DNA from: a virus
Lineage: Duplodnaviria > Caudoviricetes
Length of the DNA stretch: 64,000 nt
IMG/VR virus record: IMGVR_UViG_3300021256_000073
Location: 1 to 64,000 of that record
Strand: one strand, 5' to 3'
In this document: piece by piece, positions 49,630-61,699 of the stretch
Layout of the letters: the number at the start of each line of letters is the position of its first letter
Numbering within the stretch: the stretch's first letter is position 1
The notes under the pieces: model-generated
What the model saw: the letters and a program-made list of their open reading frames with translations, nothing else
Databases searched by the model: none
What the model was told of the DNA's origin: nothing
Program-made: the position numbers and the translations under genes

Positions 49630-50012
49630 TGTATCAGAAAGCAATGCCTGCAGGAAGTGCAGGAATAATGGCAGCTTCCTATGGAATGGAAGCAATTTTA
49701 AGACCAGCAGAAGTAACTCCTGTAACTCCAGAAGAGCCTGTATTTACTCCTGTGGTTTATAATTTTGAATCATTTGATTCTACAGGTGCTATAAAATATG
49801 GAGAAGGTACAGTACAAACTACAGGAAATACATCAGACGGTAGAACTGAAGTTGAGGTACTAACTAATACTTCTACAGATCCAAATGCTATAGATTTTGT
49901 AGGTCTTAAATTTTGGATAAATAGTAATGCTTTAGTAAATAGCGATACTCTTTATGTTTTATATGACTCTGAAGGAAACAATACAGGAATTAAAGTAAAA
50001 GTTACACAATGA
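49629..50012 (+). CDS. hypothetical protein (127 aa)
   Basis: ORF track; no TAG; coupled at both ends. Confidence 0.7.
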   Translation: MYQKAMPAGSAGIMAASYGMEAILRPAEVTPVTPEEPVFTPVVYNFESFDSTGAIKYGEGTVQTTGNTSDGRTEVEVLTNTSTDPNAIDFVGLKFWINSNALVNSDTLYVLYDSEGNNTGIKVKVTQ

Positions 50013-50452
50013 ACTACGCAACAGGTTATGCATTTAATACGGATGAAATATTCGAAAACTTTCCTTATGACAAATTGCTTGTAACCTGTGATGACTGTAA
50101 TATAGTAAATGGTGATTACCATAAAGATAAGTTAGTTAAGCGCGTTTTTAAGGACGCGCTTAAACTAATTTTATAGGACATTATAGAAAATAATGTTACT
50201 TTTTAGTTGCCTACAGGAAGTCGCAAAGCAGAAATACATGTGGATAATGTTCAAGGAAAGAAATTTGAAGAAGCGAGAAGACATGGTAAATGGTTAGATG
50301 TGGATTTCTTAACTTCCAACTTTACAGGTAATTTACTTGTACTAGATATGTACAGTAAAGAAGGAATGAGAAGACGTAAGCCTATCTATGTAGATAAAAT
50401 TTTACGAGATAGATTAGTAGAGCTTACTAATGAAGGTAAAATGTACTGTTAA
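50009..50452 (+). CDS. putative IHF/HU-like protein 1 (147 aa)
   Basis: LVKRVFKDALKLILQDIIENNVTFQLP resembles the HU/IHF helix-strand pattern; crAss synteny. Confidence 0.55.
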
Positions 50453-51045
50453 TGGAAATAAAGACTATAAATGATTATTATGAGGATGTAAGAAAGCTCT
50501 GGCCTAGGCTTCCTGAGAAAGATATAAAGAGAATTTTAAATTTTGGATTTAAATCTTTATATTTACATAATAGTTATGGTGGCGATACACTTATTAAAGA
50601 TAAGGACTTTCTATGCTATATAGGGTATTTACGTAATAATTCTATATCTCACTATAGCTACTATATAAAGAAATTATGTATAAAACTTCGAGTTCTATAC
50701 AAAAGACGTAAAATTGAATGGGATGGTTACTATTATTTTGCTCTTACTGATACTTAGTATGAAAACTATATAAAGTAGAAGAAAAGTAGAGGCCGTCCAA
50801 GAAAATGGTTTGATTATGGCCAAATTATGCTATACAGAATTAAAGATGAATGCTCTTTAAGTTAGCATAATTGTCGATATATATTTAAGGTTCCTTATCC
50901 AAGTGAAATAGGATATAAATCTTTACAAAGAAATTATACTAGTGATAAGGCTGAATTAATAGAAATTAGGGAACCTTTAAAGCTTGAAGATATTTTAATA
51001 ACAAATTATAATTATTCTATTTTAAATGAAAAAAGAAACATTTAA
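50452..51045 (+). CDS. putative IHF/HU-like protein 2 with AT-hook (197 aa)
   Basis: Basic protein with DIKRILNFGF and SRGRPRK; tandem with the previous gene. Confidence 0.5.
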
Positions 51046-54000
51046 TACATTTGATGGTGGAATGGTTAGGGATTTAAACCCTATTACTACTCCAAATAAT
51101 GTATTAACTGATGCTCTAAATGCTACTTTAGTTACATTCAATGGTAATGAAAATATACTATAGAATGATATGGGAAATACTGAAGTAGGCACTGCTTTTC
51201 TTCCAGCTGGTTATGTCCCTGTAGGAATGAAAGAACATGGTGGTATTATATATGTTGCTGCTTGGAATCCTGAAAGTAAAAAAGGATAGATAGGCTCATT
51301 TCCTTCTCCAAAAAGAATATGGGAAAGTGGAGATTGGAATGTTAATGCATCTGGTGCTACTATAGTTGGAGTGCAGTTTAATACTACTGATTTCTATGAA
51401 GAAAATTCAGATTTTATTCACACAGAGATAGTAAAGAAGGAACTATTTACATATTCAGATAGTACATCTAAGGATCTGCATCCTGGAGATAGATTTTGTA
51501 TTACTTTAGAGAAATCTATGAACACACTACTTCATAATTATGTAGTAGAAGATAAAATTGATATACAATTAGCAGTAGTTAAAGAAGACGGAACCATAGA
51601 AATAATTGATAATGCTAAAGATAATTGGTTCTTTACCGAAGTCGAAGTAACTGATGAGGATATAGAAGCTACTTCTGAAATGACTGAAGAGTAGAAACAG
51701 GAACTTAAAGAAAGTTACTTACCTACTAAATAGACATAGATAGCCTCATCAAGTATTTCTACTAAGAATTGTCAAGTATTTAAAGGTTCATCTTCAGGAA
51801 GACTACTATTAATAATATCCATTAAAACTCTTGATTCATTTGACCTTACAAGAACTTATTCACTAGAAGGAGATAGCATAGTAGTTAAGTTTAAGGGAAT
51901 AGGCACAATTGACAATAATGTTATTACTTCTGAGGCTGGGCAACTTGGACTTTATAAGGATTCTGAAAATGCTAATAATTCTGAAATAACAATAACATAG
52001 CCATAGGAAGGAAGTTCAGTTGAATATTCTATTTATCCAAGAATTGATTCTGGAATAATTAAAAGATTTAAACGTTCTGGAGTTATTAATTTTGATAAAA
52101 TAAAAAAGAGTCAAGATGACTTCCATGAATGGAGATATTTTGTAGCTGATGACTACTTAAAGATTGGATGGGCATATGAGTTCTATAATCTAGATGCATC
52201 TAAGCAAATTGAGTATATTGAATTAGCTTTCTATGATTATGAAAAACCTAGTTCTTATCCTAACAGTCCTAGCCAAATAATTCAACTAGTCAAGGATTCT
52301 TACAGTGGTAATTTTGAAGAAATATTCAGAAATGAAAGTCTAACTATTTAGAAAGGAAGAATTTATATAGTAGAATTTAGACGTAGAACTACCGATGGGG
52401 TTACTACAGTTATTGCAGACAAGATGCTATATTATAGTAAATTATATAACTCTTATTATAATAACTTGTACGCAGATAGTTCTAACATAGATTCTGTAGA
52501 GTTTTAGCCTATTAATACTTTATCTGCTCAACTAGATTTTACATCTAATCTAGAATATAGTAAAGATGGAGTTACAAAAGTACATGTTAAAAATCCTGCA
52601 AGTACTGAATATCAAGATGTAGGAGGAATCAATGGACTAACCTAGGGCTACTATGTTACAGATGTAGATAACATTAATGATGGCGAAACTGACACATCAG
52701 AAAATGCACATGAATATGTGACCAAGTTAACTAATAATTATAGTGCTTCTATAAATCTTACTCCTAAACTCAACTTTGGTGTTGAAGGTATTATAGGACA
52801 ACCTAAAGATTTAAATACTATTGTAAACAACTTTGGACTTAAAAATGTATCTTCTACTTCTGACAATAGTTGGGTTTCTACTTCAAGTAATGCTGTATTC
52901 TCTAATATTTCAGATACAAACATTACTACAGATACTACTAGTATGACTAAAACTATGTCTGGAGGTAATCTAAATATTAATGGAATTAAGTTTAGTTAGA
53001 ATAGATATGTACAAGGTAAGTCTACTGATGTGCAGCAAAATACCTATTCTATACAGGAACTAGCTCCTTTATATAGTCCACAGCTTTCTACAGAGAAGAA
53101 AAGAATGGTATTCTCAGCATTTAATAGAGAGTCACCTATAGTTGTAGCAATGCAAAGAGAGGACTCTTATTATAATTGCACTATACATGGTAATGATGTT
53201 ATCTTAGGTCCAAATACAGGAGCAGGAGACGATGATGACGCTCTTGATACTGCAGTACGTAGACTCAATGAGTCATTTATACCTACAGTATCAATAATGA
53301 CTGGAATTGGAGGAGATTATGGATCTCTTTGGATGAAAGGCGGTACTAGAAGAGCTGGTAGTTATATGGGTGGATGGTCATGTGGTAAGAATGAAGTAGA
53401 TGGAGGAGATAACTTCATGATTGCTGTATGGAAATTTGACAACGGTTACTCTAGAATAGTAAACTTATTCAGTCCAAGAACATGGAAAGCTTAGTCTGGT
53501 ATTGCATGGCCAAGACTTGATGTAATGCTTAAATGTTTACTTAGTTAGATATTTATCTTACAACAAGTTACTAAGAATGGTAAGTATATTACTACTAACA
53601 ATAAGTACTATAGATACCAAGAAGGAGAATCACTAATAAACTTTAGTGTAGGAATTCCTGATGGAACTGATGTTTCAGGCCTTACATCTAATATAATGTA
53701 TCCTTACTCTCCAGATTCTGAATACATCAATACAAGTTTATATGATTTGTGTGCTGTATGGAAAGCAAAAGGAAGTGCAAATAACAAGCTTGCTAATCTT
53801 GTTAATCTTGTACCTAAAGTAAATCTTAATTATACAAATAGTATAGATTTACAATAGACTATTAATGAGGACTTTGGTGTAAATGATGTACTAAGATACT
53901 ATCTTGGAGGTAAATTAGAATTGTCTGCAAGTGATAATGGTAATACTCCTGGAGATATCTATATTGTGGACAAATCATAGAGTACTTATAATAAAACTGT

Positions 54001-54355
54001 ATGTGCTAATAGTAATAGTACTTAGCCTCTTCCAAATAATGATGGCACATTTGAGTGGACAGGAATGCCTATACTTAAAAAGTGCTTATCTAGTGCTTCT
54101 ACTGGAGAAAGTCTTTATGACTGGAATGGAGGTAGCTGGACAATGAAATATCCATTTAAAAAGATGTTCATTACAAAAGGAGAGTTTGAGGGTTGGACAA
54201 GTATTCCTGAAAATGAAAATAATGAATTGCTTGGAAGAAGTTCATTTGCTGAAGGAAAGAGCTATATAGGTCAATGGGTTAAACATACAGACCAACAAGC
54301 TCCTGATCTATTCTATAGTGTACTCAGTTCTAACAAATCACTTTATAGTGTTTAA
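51026..54355 (+). CDS. tail stabilization/muzzle-related protein A (1109 aa)
   Basis: N-terminal NTFDGGMVRD...DALNAT...NGNENIL(Q)NDMGN...KEHGGIIYV...QIGSFPSP, typical of crAss stabilization proteins. Confidence 0.7.
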
Positions 54356-54357
54356 TA

Positions 54358-57300
54358 ATGGCTTTAAATCTATAGTTTTCAATTGGGCAGGCAGCTAAGT
54401 GCCTAGCTTAGAAAGGAGACCTTGTATATGAGTATAATCCTTTCAAAACTTTTAGAATAAATGGTCCAGATACAGAGCTTGGGGATGAACCTCCAGGCTC
54501 TATACTGGATTTAGATACAGAAAAACTACAATTTGATCTTAACCATCCAGTAGATATTATTACATAGCCCTCTTATGATGGTTCTGTTAATCTTATCTTA
54601 AATGATGGTATACACTCTCCAAAACTTATAAATAGCAGATTCTCAGTTATAGGAGATGGATAGTATTAGATTGTAGATAGACAAGGAGATAATGATACAA
54701 ACATATATGATAAAGAATCATTTGATACTGATGTATCTCTATATAAAAAGGCTACTACAATAGCTAAAATTAAATTCATAGGTCTTACCTCTGGAGGAAA
54801 CTTAAAAGTAGGAAATTACCATTTCTATTTTAAATTAGCCGACTCTGACGGAAATGAAACAGACTTTATAGGAGAATCTGGAATGGTAACTTGTTATATA
54901 GGAAACCTTAATGAGCCATACTCTATTTAGGGAGGAATTCGTGACCAAAGTAGTTTTAAAGCAGCCCACTTTGAGCTATCTAATTTGGATTCATCTTATG
55001 ACCATGTTGTTATTTACTATACACGTAGTTCATCAGATAATCTAAGTAATAGAGAAACTACTGCATTTAAGATATTAAAGGATTATCCTATATATAATTC
55101 AAGATGTATAGTGAGAGTTAATGGTTATGAGGATATTTTAGGTGTAAGTATCAATGATATTAATGTCCAATATAATATTATAGATTCTGCTTTTACATAG
55201 GAAGCATCACAAAACATGCTTTTCCTAGGAAATGTAAATAAACCTAGAATTCCTTATAAAGAACTTGCTGACCTATCATTAAGAATCTTCCCTACAATCA
55301 CCTAGGAAGAAGATATTGGATTTGTGGATTAGAATTATAGAGACAGTTCTGGTAAGTATGAGTACTATAATGTAAATAATATATACTATAAATTAGGATA
55401 TTGGAATGATGAAATCTATCGTTTCGGAGTTGTTTATATTATGAATGACTTTACACTTTCTCCTGTTTTTAATGTAAGAGGTAGAAGTATCCTTGATAGT
55501 ACAGCTTGTGTTGTTGAGAGTGTATATGATGGCTCTGGAAATAGAGTGTATATTCCAATTGATAAAGAATATAACAGAATAAATTCTACTGATAATAGTA
55601 AAGGAGTTTCAAGAATAGTTACCACTATTCCATAGATAAATAGTACTTAGAGAAAAGTACATCCAATAGGTATTAAGTTCAATATAAATAGTGATGTTAA
55701 ACAAGAGCTTAGTAAATATACAATAGGATTCTTTTTTGTAAGATAGCAACGTATAGCTACTACTCTATGTGAAGCAGCTACTATTGGAGTAGAACAAGTT
55801 AGTCACCTTCCTACTCTTCCAGTTAGTGGTAATAAGTATATAATGGAAAGCTTCCTTACTAAGAATAGATTATTATCTCATACATTCCAGGATAGAAAAA
55901 ATACTATTACTGATGCCTATGTAAATAGTAGTAGTGCAGCAATATGTCCTGAATATGAACTAAACTATGCTTTCTTTAATTAGTTCTTTACAGGTTCTAA
56001 ATTTCTAGTAAAAACTTCTGTAAATAACTACAGTCAAACATACTGTAATGCTTCTAATTTCCACTTCTATAATATGACATAGGGAAATTCTAGTAATAGT
56101 GTACAAGAAGAATTTCAAATTGTTGCCATAAAAGATGGATAGGCACTAGCAAAGAATACTAATTCGCTGTATTCGGCATTAGCAGGTACTGCTGAAGAGG
56201 TATTTAGAGTTTCATATTTTCAATTTAAAAGTCCTTCTGAGAAAGCTACAAACTTACTAAGAGGTGTGTATGGACCTTATATAGGACTTGAAGGAAGTAT
56301 AGGACTGCCAGGTAATATGTAGTTGATTGATATAAAGATTCCTAACTATAATGAGGCTAATATGGATGAGTACTTCCAAATTAGATATTAGGACTCTTCT
56401 CCTTTCTTCCCAATTTCTGATAGAATAGCTTGGAAAGATGCTAGTTCAGATACTATATATTATAGAGGTGACTGTTTTATAGGTAACTTTACACATAGAA
56501 TGGTTAGAAACTTTGCAGACCCATCTGCCCCATATAATGATGATATTATTGATATTAATGTATGGGCGGATAAGATGGATTTGTCGGATAAAGACTCATT
56601 TGAAAAAGTAAATAGAGGTGATGTAAATGCAGTTAAAATGGGGCACTGGTTTACAACTAAAGTTTGTAGTAATTTAAATATATCTTTAAGAAGTGTAGAT
56701 CATTCTTGGGCTTCAGAAGAAGGTATTACAAATAAACCTAGAGCTTTCTATCCTCTTTATGCAATGAGTACATCTGGAGAAAATAAAGTTCCAGAATCTA
56801 ATGTATATAATAAGGGTTACCATAACACTCTTTCTTCAAGATATAATTATGAGACTCCTAATGTTCCAGCTATAAAAGATGTATTTACTACGAGAATAAT
56901 GTACTCTGACATAGCAATAAACGATGCTTTTAGAAATGGCTATAGAGTATTTGATTTAATGCACTATCGTGATTATACCTTAACATATGGTTCTTTAAAA
57001 CGCCTGGTTGAATGGTAGAGTAATCTTATTGCTGTTTTTGAACATGGAGTTTGTTTAATACCAGTTAATGAAAGAGTAGTTTCAGGACGAGGTGCAGGCG
57101 GAAATGTTTTCATAAACACCTCTAACGTACTCCCTGAGACTCCATTAGTTCTTAGTGATATGTTTGGTAGTCAGTGGGCAGAAAGTGTCTTGAAGACTCC
57201 AAATTATGTATATGGTGTAGATACAGTTGGTAAGAAGATTTGGAGAACAAATGGAAAATCTTTTGAAATTATATCTAATTTAAAAGTTTAGAAGTTCCTT

Positions 57301-58989
57301 ATTGATAATATATCTCTTACAGAAACAGAGTCTACCCCAATTATAGGTATTAGAAATGTAAAAACTCATTACAATGCCTATAAAGAAGATGTAATGTTCA
57401 CTTTCTATGATGATATTAATAATATAGAAGAGAAAGTTTGGAATTTATGTTGGAATGAACTTACAAATAAATTTACAACATTCTATTCTTGGGTTCCTTC
57501 TTACTCAGCTAATATTGATAATATAATGTTTACTTTTGACAGGGATACCTCTAAGATAATTACTAAACTTACAGAGTATTATCCTAAAATTAAACTATCT
57601 CCTACAACAGAATCATATAGAAATGCATAGTATACAGGAGGGGATACATGGATTGAACTAGGAACACTGAGTATTAATGGTTCAGATTCAAACTACACAT
57701 TTGAAATCTACAATGATAACTCTAATAATAAGGATTATTTCTATATTACTAATAACAAATTATATGTTTCAAGGGCTGCTTACATAACCTTGAATTTCTG
57801 GTCAGCAACAGTAAAAGCTATTATTGTTACTTCTAATAGTGATATTGAAAGAGAAAATAGATATGTTTCAGGAGCTATATATGGAGTGGTTACAGCTTGT
57901 AAAGATGCTTATAAGAACACTCTTACTACTTCATTCTGGAAGCATGGTTAGGCTGGACTTATGAAACACAGGGATATCAAACCTTGTTTCTGGTATGGTA
58001 AATAGCATCCATTTGAGTTTGAATTTGTAGTTTTAGATAACCCTTAGACTCATAAAGTATTCGATAATTTAGAGATTATAAGTAATAAAGCACAACCAGA
58101 ATCATTCCACTTTGAAATAGTTGGAGAAGTTTATGATTTTGCAGATGACAAATTAAATATGTATTATAGACAAGAAGCCACTAAATAGGTATTTTAGAGA
58201 TTAGGTTCTAACATTAAGTTTAATAGGAATTTTACATCTCTACTACCTAAATAGGAAAAGATAATAGGCTCTACCTATAATAAAAAGTCTACATACTTAC
58301 CTCTATATTATCAACGTATTGAAAACCTAGATAAGATATATAATTCTTATACTTAGATGCAGTACAATAATGGAAAGAATTGGAATAATCTAGTTCCTAG
58401 AGATTATTGTCATTTATCTGGTTCTGAAATAGTATATGATCCATAGTTATCTGAGTTTAGAATAGCTACACATATAAAATGTTGTCCTTTAGATGGATAT
58501 TATGATAAAGAGATTACTAAAGATGAGTACAACTACATAGTATCTCATTTTAATCCAGCATTTAAAAAGGCTTTTGCTTGGACTACAGATAATGGAACTA
58601 AATTCTATGAAAGAGTATTCTATGGAAGAATAAAAGGTAATTCTGATTATAAAGAGGATAAATGGTATGTATAGATTCCTTCTATTACATTTATGTAGAA
58701 AAATGAAGCTACATGGAGTAAACCACCACTTGTTATAAGTCCTCTCGAATTACCTAGTGATATAACAAGTACCCAACTTAATTAGGCTTTGCTACCAGAG
58801 GGTTATACACTTGAAGATATAGATGTACTACCTAATACTTATGAACAAGGAAATAGATTAAGTGGGTGGACTAATAGAAAGGAAACTAAACTAAGAGATA
58901 AGTATATGAAAGTACGCATTAGATATACAGGTAATGATCTGGCAGTTATATCTGCTATTAAAACTATTTATACAGAGAGTTATGCGTAA
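54358..58989 (+). CDS. tail stabilization/muzzle-related protein B (1543 aa)
   Basis: LILNDG...PKLINSRF, LFLGNV, EIYRFGVVY, FGSQW, YGVD, FYSWVP and C-terminal KLRDKYMKVRIRY. Confidence 0.75.
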
Positions 58990-60664
58990 ACAATTAATAA
59001 AAAGAAAGTAGCTGGGAGGGGTTTTAGGACCCCTCACAGATGCTGCTAAAAACGCTATTGCAGATACTGAAGAAGATACTATTGCCAGTAACCTTTTCGG
59101 AAGTTCTGCAGCAGCAAAAAATGTAGATAACTTCTCAGCTAGTAATTGGACTGAGAATTTTAAGCCTACTTCTAAGGTAAGTTTATTGGATAAAATAAAA
59201 GGATTTGGACAAGGAGCTTTAAATTCTTTAGGAGGTGTATCAGGTGCCACCAATTTAGCAAGTAATATGTTGGGGTCTATTATAGGCAAGCCTGATATAA
59301 ATTCTGGAGGGTTCAAGACTGTAGATAATATACTTGGAATAGCACAAAATTTTCCTATTGTTGACCAATATGCATCTCTTTTAAAATTTGGAATGAATAC
59401 TCTTAATTCGTTAGGAGCTAAGAAACTAAAAGAGGTTAAAGATGACTAGGCTACTGCTGATACTCTTGCAAATACTGGAGGAGGTTACGGTGGGTTTATG
59501 AAAGACTGGGATGAGGCTAGTAACCTATCAGGAAAAAGTGTTGGATTTTTTACAGGTTCATCTAAGTACAATAGAATGATTGAAAAAGCTAATGCAGACT
59601 TAGCAAAAGTAGAGAAAATTACTAATGCTAATACTACTAATAACCTACTTACTGCTTAGATGGGAGATGTTTGGAATCAAAGAACAATGAATGAAATGAA
59701 TGGAGGTTTTGGAAACATTTCATTTGGACGTCTTGGATTAAAGGTAGATATCCTTCCAAAAGTACATGCTATTTTAAATACTCCTAAAGTAGTAGCAACT
59801 CTTACAGAGTATGAGGAAGAAACTCCTCTATTTAAAGAGGGTGGTAAAATGAATGTAATTCCAGAAGGTTCTCTTCATGCTAGACTTCACCATATGGAAA
59901 ATGCAGATGGACTCACCAAGAAAGGTATTCCAGTTGTATCTATTTAGGAAGGAGAGCAGCAAGCAGAAATTGAGCTTAATGAGATAATCTTTAGACTTGA
60001 AGTTACCAAAAAGATTGAAAAACTTATGGAAGATGGTTCAGAAAGTGCAGCTATTGAAGCAGGTAAACTACTTGTAAAAGAGATATTTGAAAATACTGAT
60101 GATAGAACTGGACTTATCGACACTCTTAAGCCAGAAGAAAAGAAACAAACTACTGAAGATATAGTAAAGAATCATCAAGTATTTTAGAAAGGTGGAGAAC
60201 TTCCAAATCTAAAATCCATAGAAGAACTTGTAGATTTAGCTATTAAATAGAGTCCAGCTTTTGTAAAGAGAATTGGAGATGATATGGGATATGCTGAATT
60301 TACAGATGAAGAAGGTAAAATTCAGAGAGGAACCCATTTATTAAGCTATGCAGAAGATGATGGCGAATATGTAGTGTATCCAGAAATCTAGATGGAAAAT
60401 GGAAGACTGCAATATGAAAAAGATTGGAGAAAAGCATTTGACAAAGCTAAGAGAACTGGAAATGTTATAAGATTTAAAGATCGGGCTGATGCAGAAAAGT
60501 TTACTAAAGAGTATAAGAATTCTAAATAGTGGAAGAACTACTTCGATAAGTGGAATCAACGCTATGGTTCTTATAAGTATGGAGGTATAATTGAAAAATT
60601 AGATACCCTTTCTGATGAAGAACTTCAAGAATTAAGAAAATATTTAAAAATTGAGGAAGCATGA
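58982..60664 (+). CDS. putative cargo/ejection protein (560 aa)
   Basis: Gly/Ala-rich amphipathic N-half; GSLHARLHH...KGIPV...AEIELNEIIF domain; several xxGG motifs; follows the muzzle genes. Confidence 0.7.
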
Positions 60665-61233
60665 TTAATATTACTTTAGGAGACAAATAGTTTAGGGTAG
60701 AAGAAGCTGCCTCATATAAAGAAAGAAGAGATGGATTACAGGGGGTTACAGATCTTCCACCTAATTAGGGAATGATTTTCTATTTTGACGAACCAGACTT
60801 AGTTGAAATGTGGATGAAAGATACTCCAATACCATTAGATATAATCTTTATAAATAGTGACCAAGAAGTTACAGCTGTTGAAAAAGGCAAGCCAAATGAT
60901 GAGACTCTTCTTGGACACGATGATACTCTATATGTAGTAGAACTTAATTAGAATTCTGGAGTAAAAGTTGGAGATGAATTGGAATTTGATGATGACCAAG
61001 CTCCTCAAATGAAAGTACTTGCACCCGATGGTTCTACTTAGATGGAACTTTGGGGAGGAGAAAGAATAGTATCCCGTAGAGAAACTAAAGTTCTTATATC
61101 TAAAGCATTTAGAGCAAGAGAAAGTCATAACGATAAGGACTATAAAGCATTAGGTAAATATATATTTAAGGTATTTAAAAAATAGGATTCACGAGAACCA
61201 GAATATGTTCAAAGTCCTGAATCTAAATCTTAA
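60661..61233 (+). CDS. DUF192-domain protein with C-terminal extension (190 aa; absent from ORF track)
   Basis: GL...LPPNQGMIFYF...MWMKDTPIPLDIIFI...YVVELN...VKVGD matches the DUF192 pattern. Confidence 0.8.
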
Positions 61234-61321
61234 ATATATAAAAGTTGCTAACGAAGTTGTAAATAGATGTATAAATTAATATATTCACTGTACTTAAGAG
61301 TTTAATTAAACTATTTGATTT

Positions 61322-61645
61322 ATGAAATTTAAGACATTAAAATTTTAGGAAGGTGGAGCAATGCCTCCACAAGAAGCACCAGCAGGCGCACCTGAAGCAG
61401 GTGGAGCACCAGCAGGCGCACCAGCAGAGGAAGGTCCTGAAGCTGGAGGTCAAGATCCACTACAGCAATTAGTTCAGATGAGTATGCAGGCTCTTTAGAG
61501 TCAAGATTGCCAAGCAGCAATGGCTGTATGTCAGGCCTTTGTTCAGTTAGCACAGCAGCAAGGTGGTGCTGAACAGCAACCAGAACCACAAGGCGAGCCT
61601 GTTTATAAGAAAGGCGGTAAATTCGCTAGACTCATAAAGAAATGA
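61322..61645 (+). CDS. small Ala/Pro/Gln-rich protein bracketed by xxGG motifs (107 aa)
   Basis: MKFKTLKFQEGG...PVYKKGGKF; ends TGA TAA; followed by a terminator. Confidence 0.8.
61375..61422 (+). repeat. 18-nt direct repeat (30-nt period) encoding APAGAP
   Basis: AGCACCAGCAGGCGCACC at 61375 and 61405. Confidence 0.8.
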
Positions 61646-61654
61646 TAACTGAAT

Positions 61655-61687
61655 TGGGGTGTACGTTAGCTCGTATACCCCATTTTT
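61655..61687 (+). terminator. intrinsic terminator
   Basis: TGGGGTGTACG-TTAGCT-CGTATACCCCA followed by TTTTT. Confidence 0.85.
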
Positions 61688-61699
61688 AATATATAACAT

